DNA of 64,000 nucleotides from a virus. Below the pieces are notes generated by a model. That model saw only the letters and a program-made list of their open reading frames with translations. It was not told the origin of the DNA and did not search any database. This document shows, one piece after another, positions 56,168 through 64,000 of this stretch (position 1 is its first letter; each line of letters opens with the position of its first letter). The position numbers and the translations under genes were made by a program. The stretch is from positions 11,680-75,679 of the IMG/VR virus record IMGVR_UViG_3300035523_000117; one strand, 5' to 3'.

Positions 56168-59100
56168 CCCTCGTCGCGGTCGCGCCCCACAAGTACGTGA
56201 AGGGCTTCGACGGCTCCCAGCCGGCGCAGTGCCGGTACGACGTCATGGAGCTCGCCGAGGCCCTGTCGCGCACCTACCCGACCGACGCCCACCTGGTGAC
56301 CTACGTGGTGAAGGGTTGGGAGCGGCAGCCCCGCATCAACAAGGCGGGGCTGCCGCTGGTCTCGCACCGCGTGGAGGTCGGCGTCTTCTTCTGCGACGTC
56401 GACAACCCCGCCCACGGCACCTGGACCGAGGAGTTGCGCGCGGCGGCGCTGGCCCAGGACGACTCGCTCCCCATCCTTCAGACAGTCGGCATCTACCACA
56501 CCGCTCACGGGCGCCGGATCGTTCAGCCACTCGACTCGCCCATCGCGGTGCAGGAGGTGGAGCCCTACCTCAAGCGCTGGCTCCTCGAGCTGGAGAGAGC
56601 GGGCATCGCAGTCGACTGGGCCTGCGGAGACTGGACGCGTCACTTCCGCCTGCCGAACGTCCGCATCAAGGGCCACGACTTCCGCAGCCCGCATCTGTGC
56701 CTCGAGCGGATGCGTCCAATTGCGCTCGCGCCGCTCAACACGACGACGACCGCGCCGGCTGCGGCCAGTGGTACGTCTCCACCAACCCCGGTAGTCGCGG
56801 TCGACTGGTCCCGGGACCTCCCGCCGGGCTGGCAGCCGCGCATCGAGCCCGTCGCTGCGGCGATCCGCGCCGTCACGAGCGAGTGGCACACCCTCTTCCT
56901 GGCCATCGCCGGAGCCCTCCTCGCGCGGGGCGTGCCCCCGGAGCACCTCCCGGCGATCTGCCGGTCGCTCTCGCTCTCGACGGAGACCGATACCCGCACC
57001 GACGATCGCGAAGCAGCAGCGCGAACTACGGTCCAGCGACGCCTGTCCGGCCAGCCGACCACGGGCTGGGGCGCGCTCGCGTCGAGGTGGCCCGCCGTGG
57101 CGGAAGCGCTCGACGCAGCCCTGGCCACTGGCAACGAAGCGCGTGTGCGCGCGCAGATCGCCGCCGAGCCCGACGTCCCGGTCACCTCCCTTGCCGAGAC
57201 GACGGCGGCGCTGGAGGACGCGATTCGGCACGCACCCGACGGGCTCACCTTGATCCAGGCCGAGTGCGGGCTCGGGAAGACCAAGGCCGCGATGCATGTG
57301 GCGGCGGAGCGCGCTGCCAGGCCGTACGCTTCCAAGGAAGCGAAGGGCGAGCGCGCGCCGCCGCAGTCCAAAACCGCCATCTCGGTCGACAAGCACGACC
57401 TCGCGATCCAGATCGCCGACGACCTCACGGGCCTGGGCGCGAAGGTGCGGCGGATCTTCGGGCCTCTCTCAGTCAAGAACGAGGATGGAACCCCAGCCTG
57501 CCGGTACCACGCGATCGCAAGGCCGCTCGTCGAGGGCGGGCAGACGATGCAGTGGGAGCTCTGCCAGGGGCGTGGCGACGAGCCGTGCGAGTTCGCCGAG
57601 GGTTGCATCGCCAAGGAGGGCGTTGAGGGCCCTGCGGAAGCGCGGATTACCGTCGGCCCCCACGCTCTACTCAACGCGCTCGACGCGGCGGCCGGCACCA
57701 CGGGCCTCCTGGTCATCGACGAGCCCCCGGAGTTGCTCGACACGGTCCGCCTCTCGCTCGAGGACCTCGCGACCGCCCAGGCGCAGCTGCCTGCTTTCGA
57801 CGAGAGGTTCGCGGCGGCGGCACGGCCTGCGCTCGATGCTGTCTACGCCTGGGTCGCCGAGCTGGCCACGCCGGGTGCGGTGACGACCATCCCGGAGGCG
57901 GTGCGCACCACCGCACACCGGATCAGCCCGGCCAGCCTCGACCAGGCCCATTTCGCCACCTGCACCGCTGGCGACGCGGTCGAGTGCCTGGCCGCCGGGA
58001 ACACTCCCGAGCGAGAAGGCCGGCCGCCGTTGATGAAGTTCGAGGAGGTGCGGCTGGCCCGGCGGTCGGTCGACCGGGCCACGCTGCTCGGCGCCGCCTC
58101 CAAGGCTCTGTGGACCCTCTATCGCGCCGTGGTCTCCAAGGATCCGGTCGCGGCGCGCGTCGAGGACCTCGACCGGCTGGGGCGCGTGTTGCTGGTCACC
58201 TTCTCGCGCGACCAGCTCGCCCGCGCCCTCAAGCGCGAGGGGGCAGTCGTGGTCATGGACGCCAACGCCGACCTTGCCCGCCCGGCGATGGCGAAGGTCG
58301 TCGGCTACGAGCCGCCGCTCCACCACTTCGCCGCCGAGGACGGGGCGAGGATCACCCGCACCTTGCTGCGCTGCGGCTCGGCCACCCGCAAGGGCTGGAT
58401 CAAGGGCGGCAAACTCGTCATCGACGGCAGCCTCAGCACTGCGTTGCAGGCCGCGCTCGCGTGGGCCCAGGAGGATCCAGCCGCCACCAGGCTCGGCCTC
58501 ATCACCCTGCACGTGGTCGAGGTAGCGATTGCCGCCGCCCTCCACCCCGACAACAAGGAGAACGCAGGCACCTGGAAGAAGCTCCGCCAGTCGAAGAAGG
58601 CACTCGCCGAGGCCCGGGAGAAGCTCGGCCCGATCCTGCGCGCGTGGCCCGGCGAGGTACGCCTCGGGCACTACGGCGCCGTCCGCGGCCTCAACGACAT
58701 GGCCGACGTCGACTGCCTCGTCACGCTGGGCGACCCCTGGCCGAACCTGGGCGAGGTCCAGAACGAGGTCGCCTACCTCGGCCTGCCCGAGACCTGGGAG
58801 GCGCGTGTCGAGGCGCGGTGCCGGGCCGAGTTGCAGCAGGCCCATGGCCGTCTCCGTACCGTCCACCGGGCGCGACCTGGCCGGGCACTCCATGTGGGCA
58901 ACGTCCTTCCCGCTGGCACCGGGTGGTCCTCGGGGCGTGTCGAGTATCGGCGGCTGGAGAACGCACCTCGCACTGCGGTCTCGACGATGCCTGCGACCGA
59001 GATCCTCGCCATGATCGAGACCCTCGGCGGCACCCGCGCAGCAGCACGCGAACTGGGCTGCGCCATCGGAGCCGTCCACAACTTCACCAGCGGGAAGCGG

Positions 59101-59196
59101 AAGCTGCCGGTCGAGTTGGAAGCGAAGCTGCGCGGACTGGTCGAGCGATCCCTTCCGGCCACCAGCGACGTACTCGGCGGGAGTCCAGACTGTTGA
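56164..59196 (+). CDS. Intact 1010-aa primase-helicase-HTH replication protein, paralog of 4563-7578
   Basis: Same motifs: FCDVD, HT.HGRR, DWTRHFRLP, ECGLGKT, C..C..C cluster, IDEP, GLND, QQAHGRLR, C-terminal HTH. Confidence 0.8.
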   Translation: MTLVAVAPHKYVKGFDGSQPAQCRYDVMELAEALSRTYPTDAHLVTYVVKGWERQPRINKAGLPLVSHRVEVGVFFCDVDNPAHGTWTEELRAAALAQDDSLPILQTVGIYHTAHGRRIVQPLDSPIAVQEVEPYLKRWLLELERAGIAVDWACGDWTRHFRLPNVRIKGHDFRSPHLCLERMRPIALAPLNTTTTAPAAASGTSPPTPVVAVDWSRDLPPGWQPRIEPVAAAIRAVTSEWHTLFLAIAGALLARGVPPEHLPAICRSLSLSTETDTRTDDREAAARTTVQRRLSGQPTTGWGALASRWPAVAEALDAALATGNEARVRAQIAAEPDVPVTSLAETTAALEDAIRHAPDGLTLIQAECGLGKTKAAMHVAAERAARPYASKEAKGERAPPQSKTAISVDKHDLAIQIADDLTGLGAKVRRIFGPLSVKNEDGTPACRYHAIARPLVEGGQTMQWELCQGRGDEPCEFAEGCIAKEGVEGPAEARITVGPHALLNALDAAAGTTGLLVIDEPPELLDTVRLSLEDLATAQAQLPAFDERFAAAARPALDAVYAWVAELATPGAVTTIPEAVRTTAHRISPASLDQAHFATCTAGDAVECLAAGNTPEREGRPPLMKFEEVRLARRSVDRATLLGAASKALWTLYRAVVSKDPVAARVEDLDRLGRVLLVTFSRDQLARALKREGAVVVMDANADLARPAMAKVVGYEPPLHHFAAEDGARITRTLLRCGSATRKGWIKGGKLVIDGSLSTALQAALAWAQEDPAATRLGLITLHVVEVAIAAALHPDNKENAGTWKKLRQSKKALAEAREKLGPILRAWPGEVRLGHYGAVRGLNDMADVDCLVTLGDPWPNLGEVQNEVAYLGLPETWEARVEARCRAELQQAHGRLRTVHRARPGRALHVGNVLPAGTGWSSGRVEYRRLENAPRTAVSTMPATEILAMIETLGGTRAAARELGCAIGAVHNFTSGKRKLPVELEAKLRGLVERSLPATSDVLGGSPDC

Positions 59197-59226
59197 GCGG
59201 CGCGAGTTTGTTTTGCGAACCGTGTC

Positions 59227-59290
59227 GACCGGTGTTCACGACCCCCTCTAAAGATCCAGTCTTCTTTAAAGGGCCCCGTGAACACCGGTC
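59227..59290. repeat. Inverted repeat (14-bp perfect outer arms, imperfect inner stem), origin candidate
   Basis: GACCGGTGTTCACG (59227-40)/CGTGAACACCGGTC (59277-90); inner CCCTCTAAAGA...TCTTTAAAGGG. Confidence 0.9.
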
Positions 59291-59527
59291 CTATCGGTGC
59301 GCGAACTGCAACTTCCCCCGCACCCGCTTCACAGCCAGAGATTGGCTCGTCGTGCCGAAGGGTTGAGTCGCATCGGAGGGACTTTCCTCGCCACTCGGCG
59401 CTCGCGCGCCGCCCGGCTTGGTGAACACCCGCAGAGCGCGCGCGCATCGACGTCTTCGCCGGTGTCGCCACTCTCCAGGTAGCTCGACCGCCGCCCTCGG
59501 TTAACACCCGCAGATTCGACCACTCGG

Positions 59528-59559
59528 GATGTCACAGGTCGCCTTCGGACCCCGCTTGT
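59528..59559 (+). promoter_or_regulatory. Putative ECF-like promoter GATGTCACA-N15-CGCTTGTC
   Basis: 42 nt before the MTase ATG. Confidence 0.6.
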
Positions 59560-59601
59560 CCCCGGCGAAGGGGCAATTCCGCCCAGCGCCCGGAGACCTG
59601 T

Positions 59602-61209
59602 ATGAGGCTCGCCATCGCCGACGTCACCATCCCCGACGCTCGCTTGCGACAGCTCAACGAGAAGGTCGTCGCGCAGCTCGCCGACAGCATTCGCGAGGTC
59701 GGCCTGCTCAACCCTGTCACCGTCACGCCGAAGAACATCCTCGTCGCGGGTCTCCACCGGTTGAAGGCTTGCACGCTGCTCGGCTGGTCGGACGTCCCGG
59801 TAGTGGTCGCCGACCTCCAGGGCCAGAAGCGAGAGCTCGCGGAGATCGACGAGAACCTGATCCGGAGCGAGCTGACCATGCTCGAGCGCAGCGAGTTCCT
59901 CGCAATGCGCAAGGCCATCTACGAGTGCCTGCACCCGGAGACCAAGGTCGGTGGGGCGCCCGGCAAGGCAGGCGGTGGCAAGGTGGCGAAGAACGACAAG
60001 ATGGCGTCCTTCGTCGAGGACACCGCAGCCAAGACCGGCTTCAGCAAGCGGACCATCGAGCGCGGCGTCGCCCTCGCGCGTGACCTCGCACCGGACGTGA
60101 GGCAGTCGCTCCTCGGGACACCTATCGCGGACAACACCTACGCGCTCCGGGCCCTCGCCGACGAGCCCTTCGCTCGCCAGCGCGAGCTCCTCGCCCTCGG
60201 ACTCGACGCCATCGACCAGCTCGCCCGGGCCAAGCGCGAGCGGGAGAAGACGACCCGAGTCCGCATCATCGACGTCGAAGAGGGCGAGACGGACGACCAG
60301 GCCCTCGCGCGTGTGCAGGCCCAGGGCGAGGAGCGGATCGCCTGCGCGCTCGCCCCGGCAGTCAAGGATGCCATCCGGAACACGCCGCTGGCCGACGACA
60401 GGGCCGCCCTGGTCGGGCTCGCCCGCGAGAAGAATCCCGCCGCACAGAAGGCGATCGCCGACAAGCTTGTGTCGGGGGACGCCAAGAACGTCCAGCAGGC
60501 CAAGCGCCAGCTCGAGGAGGAGCGCCGACTCGCGCAGCTGGTCCCCGCCTCTCCCGACGCGTGCGTTCTCCAGGGCGATGCCAGCGACCTGATCGCCAGC
60601 CTCGAGGTGCGGCCGGACTGCGTGGTGATGGACCCGCCCTACGGCCTCGAGACGCACCGCACTCGCGAGGGCGGCCAGGACTACGCGGACGGCGAGCAAT
60701 ACGCCGAGGTCATGCTGCGCCTCGCCTGCGGCCTCCTGGTAAAGCACCTGGCGCCGGACGCTCACCTGTACGTTTTCTCCGGCTACAGCAGCGCGGCCAA
60801 GTACAAGACCATCCTCGCCGAGCACTTCGAGGTGCAGGAGAACCCGATCATCTGGGTGAAGGACAACCACACCCTCTGCGACTTCGCCCAGGCCTACCCC
60901 AACAAGCACGAGTACGTCTGGTTCGCGCGGATGCGCGGCAGCAAGCGCCGGCTCGCGCGCTGCGTCCCCGATGTGATCGAGGTCCCGCGCACCCGCGAGA
61001 GCACCCACAGCGCCGAGAAGCCCGTCGACCTGCTCAAGCTCTTCATCGAGCAGAGCACCGCGCCCGGCGAGCTGGTGCTGGACCCGTTCGCGGGCAGCGG
61101 CTCCACGGGAGTCGCCGCCGTCCAGTGCGGCCGCCGCTTCCTCGGCTTCGAGGTCGACGAGAAGTGGGCGCGGGTCGCCCAGAGCCGCTGCGCGGAGGCC
61201 AGGCCGTGA
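59602..61209 (+). CDS. ParB-like domain + beta-class DNA methyltransferase
   Basis: GLLNPV.V...LVAGLHRL, DENL.R; DPPY, HSAEKP..L, DPFAGSGST. Confidence 0.9.
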   Translation: MRLAIADVTIPDARLRQLNEKVVAQLADSIREVGLLNPVTVTPKNILVAGLHRLKACTLLGWSDVPVVVADLQGQKRELAEIDENLIRSELTMLERSEFLAMRKAIYECLHPETKVGGAPGKAGGGKVAKNDKMASFVEDTAAKTGFSKRTIERGVALARDLAPDVRQSLLGTPIADNTYALRALADEPFARQRELLALGLDAIDQLARAKREREKTTRVRIIDVEEGETDDQALARVQAQGEERIACALAPAVKDAIRNTPLADDRAALVGLAREKNPAAQKAIADKLVSGDAKNVQQAKRQLEEERRLAQLVPASPDACVLQGDASDLIASLEVRPDCVVMDPPYGLETHRTREGGQDYADGEQYAEVMLRLACGLLVKHLAPDAHLYVFSGYSSAAKYKTILAEHFEVQENPIIWVKDNHTLCDFAQAYPNKHEYVWFARMRGSKRRLARCVPDVIEVPRTRESTHSAEKPVDLLKLFIEQSTAPGELVLDPFAGSGSTGVAAVQCGRRFLGFEVDEKWARVAQSRCAEARP

Positions 61210-61829
61210 CCTTCCAGGACGCCCTGGCGTTCGGCCGGGACGGCGAGGAGCGGGTCGCGGCGAAGCTGATCCGGCTCGGCTTCGTCGTCTCGCCGCTCTA
61301 CCAGTATGAGGGCCACAAGCGCGCGCCGGTGCTGCTCTACCGCCTCGACGGTGCGGTGGGCTGCCTCACGCATCCCGACTTGGCGGTCTTCGGGAAGACG
61401 TGCTGCTTCGCCGAGGTCAAGCGCAAGCGGCGCTGGGTGGACTTCGACCGAGGGCGCGGCCTGGAGACGGGGTGCAACCTCGGCCTCTGGCAGCAGTACC
61501 TCGCGGTGGGCCGCGCTACGGGCCTGCCCGTCTGGCTCTTCTTCATCCACGAGGAGCAGGAGCCCACGGGGGTCTTCGCCGGCCAGGCCGAGAGGCTGCT
61601 GCCGCACCTGCGGGAGTGGGACGGCCTGCGCGGGACCTTCCGCGTCTCGAAGCCACTGGCGCTCTTCCCGAGGACCGCGCTGCTCCCGAAGTGGACCCTC
61701 GCCGAGCTGGACGACTGCCACGAAGGGAATCGAGTTGCCCTGCAAGAGTCGATGTCACAACCGCCCGCGTCGCCCCGCTTGTCTCCGGGTGAAGGCCAAC
61801 GAAGCGACCACGCGGGAGACAGGCCGTGA
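61206..61829 (+). CDS. Putative PD-(D/E)XK endonuclease
   Basis: G..GEE.V helix, PDL and AEVK motifs; GTGA-coupled to the MTase. Confidence 0.6.
   Translation: MTFQDALAFGRDGEERVAAKLIRLGFVVSPLYQYEGHKRAPVLLYRLDGAVGCLTHPDLAVFGKTCCFAEVKRKRRWVDFDRGRGLETGCNLGLWQQYLAVGRATGLPVWLFFIHEEQEPTGVFAGQAERLLPHLREWDGLRGTFRVSKPLALFPRTALLPKWTLAELDDCHEGNRVALQESMSQPPASPRLSPGEGQRSDHAGDRP
61751..61783 (+). promoter_or_regulatory. Putative ECF-like promoter GATGTCACA-N16-CGCTTGTC (inside the nuclease 3' end)
   Basis: 42 nt before the GTG of 61826. Confidence 0.6.
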
Positions 61830-62479
61830 CCCCAGCAAACGCACGCATCGCCGACGACCTGACCTGGTTCTGGAACTGGGCCGAGGGCGAGCTCGGCGTC
61901 CCCTCAAACTACATGGCCATGGTCAATGCCATCCGCCTCGGCACGCGCAGGAGCGGTGGCAGCCCCTCCACCGAAATGGACCCCGGCCGCCTCGCCGCTG
62001 CCACGCGCATGCGGCTCATCGAGCGAACGCTCCAGCGCCTGACCTCCGACGACCGCCGCGTACTCTTCGCCGCTTTCGGTCCCCACGCTCGGAACCTCCC
62101 GCTCCTCGACGAGCTTGCCCCCGTGGCCGTCCTCACCAAGGCCGCCCGCGCCGCGCACGTGGCCTCGAACACCAACAGGACCATCGGTGAGTGGCTCCTG
62201 CGTCTCGTCCACCGCGTCTCCAACGGCCTGGGCGACCACGTCGCCGAGGACCGCGTCACCGTCCACGCCATCGCCACCGAAGCCCGCGCGCTCCTCGACC
62301 AGTCCCTGCGTGCCTACTCGGAAGCCTGGCGCCTGCGGCCGGGCGCGCCCGGCAAGGTCGACGTGCCGTCCGCAGCCACGCAGGCCCGCTCGCGACCTCT
62401 CGTGCCGGCTCGGCCCGAGAACGCAGCGGTAGGTAGGGGGACAGCGCGGCACGCCACGGCCCGGGACCGCTCGAAATAA
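61826..62479 (+). CDS. Conserved hypothetical protein, paralog of 7944-8528
   Basis: DLTWFWNWAEGELGVPSNY.AM.NAIR, GRLAAATR.RLI.R.L. Confidence 0.75.
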   Translation: MTPANARIADDLTWFWNWAEGELGVPSNYMAMVNAIRLGTRRSGGSPSTEMDPGRLAAATRMRLIERTLQRLTSDDRRVLFAAFGPHARNLPLLDELAPVAVLTKAARAAHVASNTNRTIGEWLLRLVHRVSNGLGDHVAEDRVTVHAIATEARALLDQSLRAYSEAWRLRPGAPGKVDVPSAATQARSRPLVPARPENAAVGRGTARHATARDRSK

Positions 62480-62497
62480 ATGTTTGGGCCCCCCCGG

Positions 62498-62533
62498 TCG
62501 CCAGACGGCGCTCCTGCGTGTGCGCGTCGAAAA
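62498..62533 (+). other. Conserved 36-bp motif, candidate packaging signal
   Basis: TCGCCAGACGGCGCTCCTGCGTGTGCGCGTCGAAAA, 32/36 identical to 8610-8645. Confidence 0.5.
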
Positions 62534-62548
62534 AATCCGTGCAGTTTC

Positions 62549-62971
62549 TTTCGTTCGCGGTGGGAACGGCGGGACGTCCCCAGGGCCCTCGCCGGATGCG
62601 ATCGTGGGCGCCACGGGCCCCCACGATCGCCCGCCCGGGCCGCTTGTCGGCTCGGCCGAAGGGGTTCGCTGGCGCCGAGTAGCCCGAAAACCAGTACCGG
62701 GAGAAATCGCTGATCCCTTTTCCGTTCGCGTCCTCGCCGGGGCCTTCCTCTCGAAAGTTCGCGCGGTTGCGAACGGAAGGCGAAACGGAACCCTCCTTGG
62801 GCGGCCTTCCGTTCCCGCCCCGGCGGCGTCGTCGGCGACGACGAATCGCGCACTTGCGACACCTGGAACGGAAGCTGGAGCAGCGCGGTCCGCCCGTCGA
62901 TTTCCGTTCCGCGCCCCACCTCACGAGATGCCTCGTCGGATCAACTGGTTGCGAACGGAAGGCGAACGGAA
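62549..62971. repeat. Iterated (GC)GAACGGAA motif in both orientations
   Basis: Forward at 62769, 62780, 62865, 62951, 62962; reverse at 62549, 62720, 62807, 62902; includes a ~26-bp direct repeat (62765-62790, 62947-62971). Confidence 0.8.
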
Positions 62972-63064
62972 GAGCGCGCCCTCGAGCTGCCTCGCCACGC
63001 TACGCGCGCCAGCACCGCGTTCTTGAGGTGGAGGGGACAACCCGCTGTTCGAAGGAGGTCGCAC

Positions 63065-63736
63065 ATGTCCCGCAAGGCCCATCGAGACAACGAGCTGAAG
63101 CCGCCAGCCAAGGCGCTGGTCGCCTTGAAGCAGTGGCTGGACGAGAACGGGCTTCGGCAAGTGGCGCTGGTGAAGCCGCTCGGCTCGCAGCAGTCGCGGG
63201 TGACACGCCTGTTCGCCGGCGAGACCTACCTGTCGGCAACCGAGCGCCGGGCCATCGAGGCATTCACCGAGGGCGCCATCACCGCCGCCATGCTCGAGGG
63301 CAAGGCTGTGCCGCCCACGAAAGTGGAGGCCAGGCGATTCGCGCCGGCCGAGCCCCCGGTCACCTCGGCGGTCCCGCGCGCGCCCGCGGCGGAGGAAGCT
63401 GGCGGTCCCGGTGGCCGCACGGGCGACGACGCGGAGCGCATCGTGGACGGCTTGGCCGCGAAGGCCATGCCTGCGGCCTTCAAGGTCATCATCGAGCAGA
63501 TGGTCAAGGGGAAGACCGAGTCCGAGCGGCGCCGCTGCGCGGAGATCCTGATCGAGCACTTGCGCGGGAAGGCCAGGCAATACGAGAAGCGTGAGAAACT
63601 GGTCCAGCCGGTCTCGGACGAGGCGCTGCTGCGCAAGCTGCGCGAGATCGAGGCCAACCTCACCGGGCTGCCCGTCGATCAGCACGGCCGCGTCATCCGG
63701 ACCCCTCCTGCTGGCGCGCCGAAGGAGACGGCATGA
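63065..63736 (+). CDS. Putative terminase small subunit with HTH, paralog of 10106-10774
   Basis: NGL....L, YLSAT.RRAIE.FT.GA.TAAMLEGKA.PP, AMPAAFK, ESERRRCAEILIE..RGKA.QYE. Confidence 0.65.
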   Translation: MSRKAHRDNELKPPAKALVALKQWLDENGLRQVALVKPLGSQQSRVTRLFAGETYLSATERRAIEAFTEGAITAAMLEGKAVPPTKVEARRFAPAEPPVTSAVPRAPAAEEAGGPGGRTGDDAERIVDGLAAKAMPAAFKVIIEQMVKGKTESERRRCAEILIEHLRGKARQYEKREKLVQPVSDEALLRKLREIEANLTGLPVDQHGRVIRTPPAGAPKETA

Positions 63737-64000
63737 CCGACACCTCGCCCAACGACACCGCGAGGTGCTCCATCGTGGAGCGCCTTTCCTTGAGGCTCGG
63801 CGCCGACGGCCTGCACGACGCGCTCATGCCGGAGGAGCGCGCCGTGCTGCGGTTCTGCGCGGCGGGGTGGCGGCGGCCGAGCTTCCGCCTTCCGCCGCCC
63901 GCGCCGCCGAAGAAGGAGCCGGGCTTCGGTCGGTGGAGCGGGCAGCAGGAGCCGCCGGGCAAGTGGCTCTACTGGGTCGCCTGCGGCGGCCGCGGCATGG
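63733..64000 (+). CDS. terL: Terminase large subunit, 3'-truncated by window end
   Basis: LHDAL.P...EPGFG.W.GQQEPPG.WLYW..CGGRG, matching 10701-12099. Confidence 0.8.
   Translation, partial: MTDTSPNDTARCSIVERLSLRLGADGLHDALMPEERAVLRFCAAGWRRPSFRLPPPAPPKKEPGFGRWSGQQEPPGKWLYWVACGGRGM

Noticed and set aside
56164-64000. Assembly duplication of element 1
   Set aside because: Paralogs differ at many amino-acid positions, and gene order around the MTase differs.

Overview
High-GC window, probably from a myxobacterium (inferred from Cys-rich lipoproteins, Asp-Ala-Gly linkers and a myxobacterial-type wHTH domain). It has three parts. (1) <1 to ~33.5 kb, prophage-like element 1: recombination/replication genes (PD-(D/E)XK nuclease, DEDDh exonuclease, Hjc-like resolvase, SF2 helicase, large primase-helicase-HTH protein), ParB-methyltransferase, TerS/TerL, a Mu-like head (DUF935 portal, ClpP-type protease/scaffold, gpT capsid) and a complete contractile tail with several lipoprotein morons. 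No lysis genes are recognisable. About 16 of its frameshifts resolve as single-base insertions and look like read errors, not decay. (2) ~33.6-50.4 kb, a visibly lower-GC cargo region: a Sec-exported Rhs toxin with a DUF4329/JAMM-like tip and exported immunity candidate, a large surface lipoprotein, a hairpin-rich noncoding tract, a 983-aa multi-HTH protein and an S8 protease. (3) ~50.5 kb to the end, compact paralogous element 2: DUF2924/large serine recombinase module, CGNR-type Zn-finger regulator, sigma-like factor, primase-helicase, ParB-MTase plus nuclease, TerS and a truncated TerL. Comparing the two elements reveals a hidden cis-regulatory layer. It comprises a shared ECF-like promoter motif (TGTCACA-N15/16-CGC[G/T]T, 8 copies), origin-like hairpins right after both primase-helicases, a conserved 36-bp putative packaging motif flanked by element-specific iterated sites, and an operator array between divergent promoters at the integrase/regulator junction. 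Family names come from recognised motifs and synteny, not database searches.
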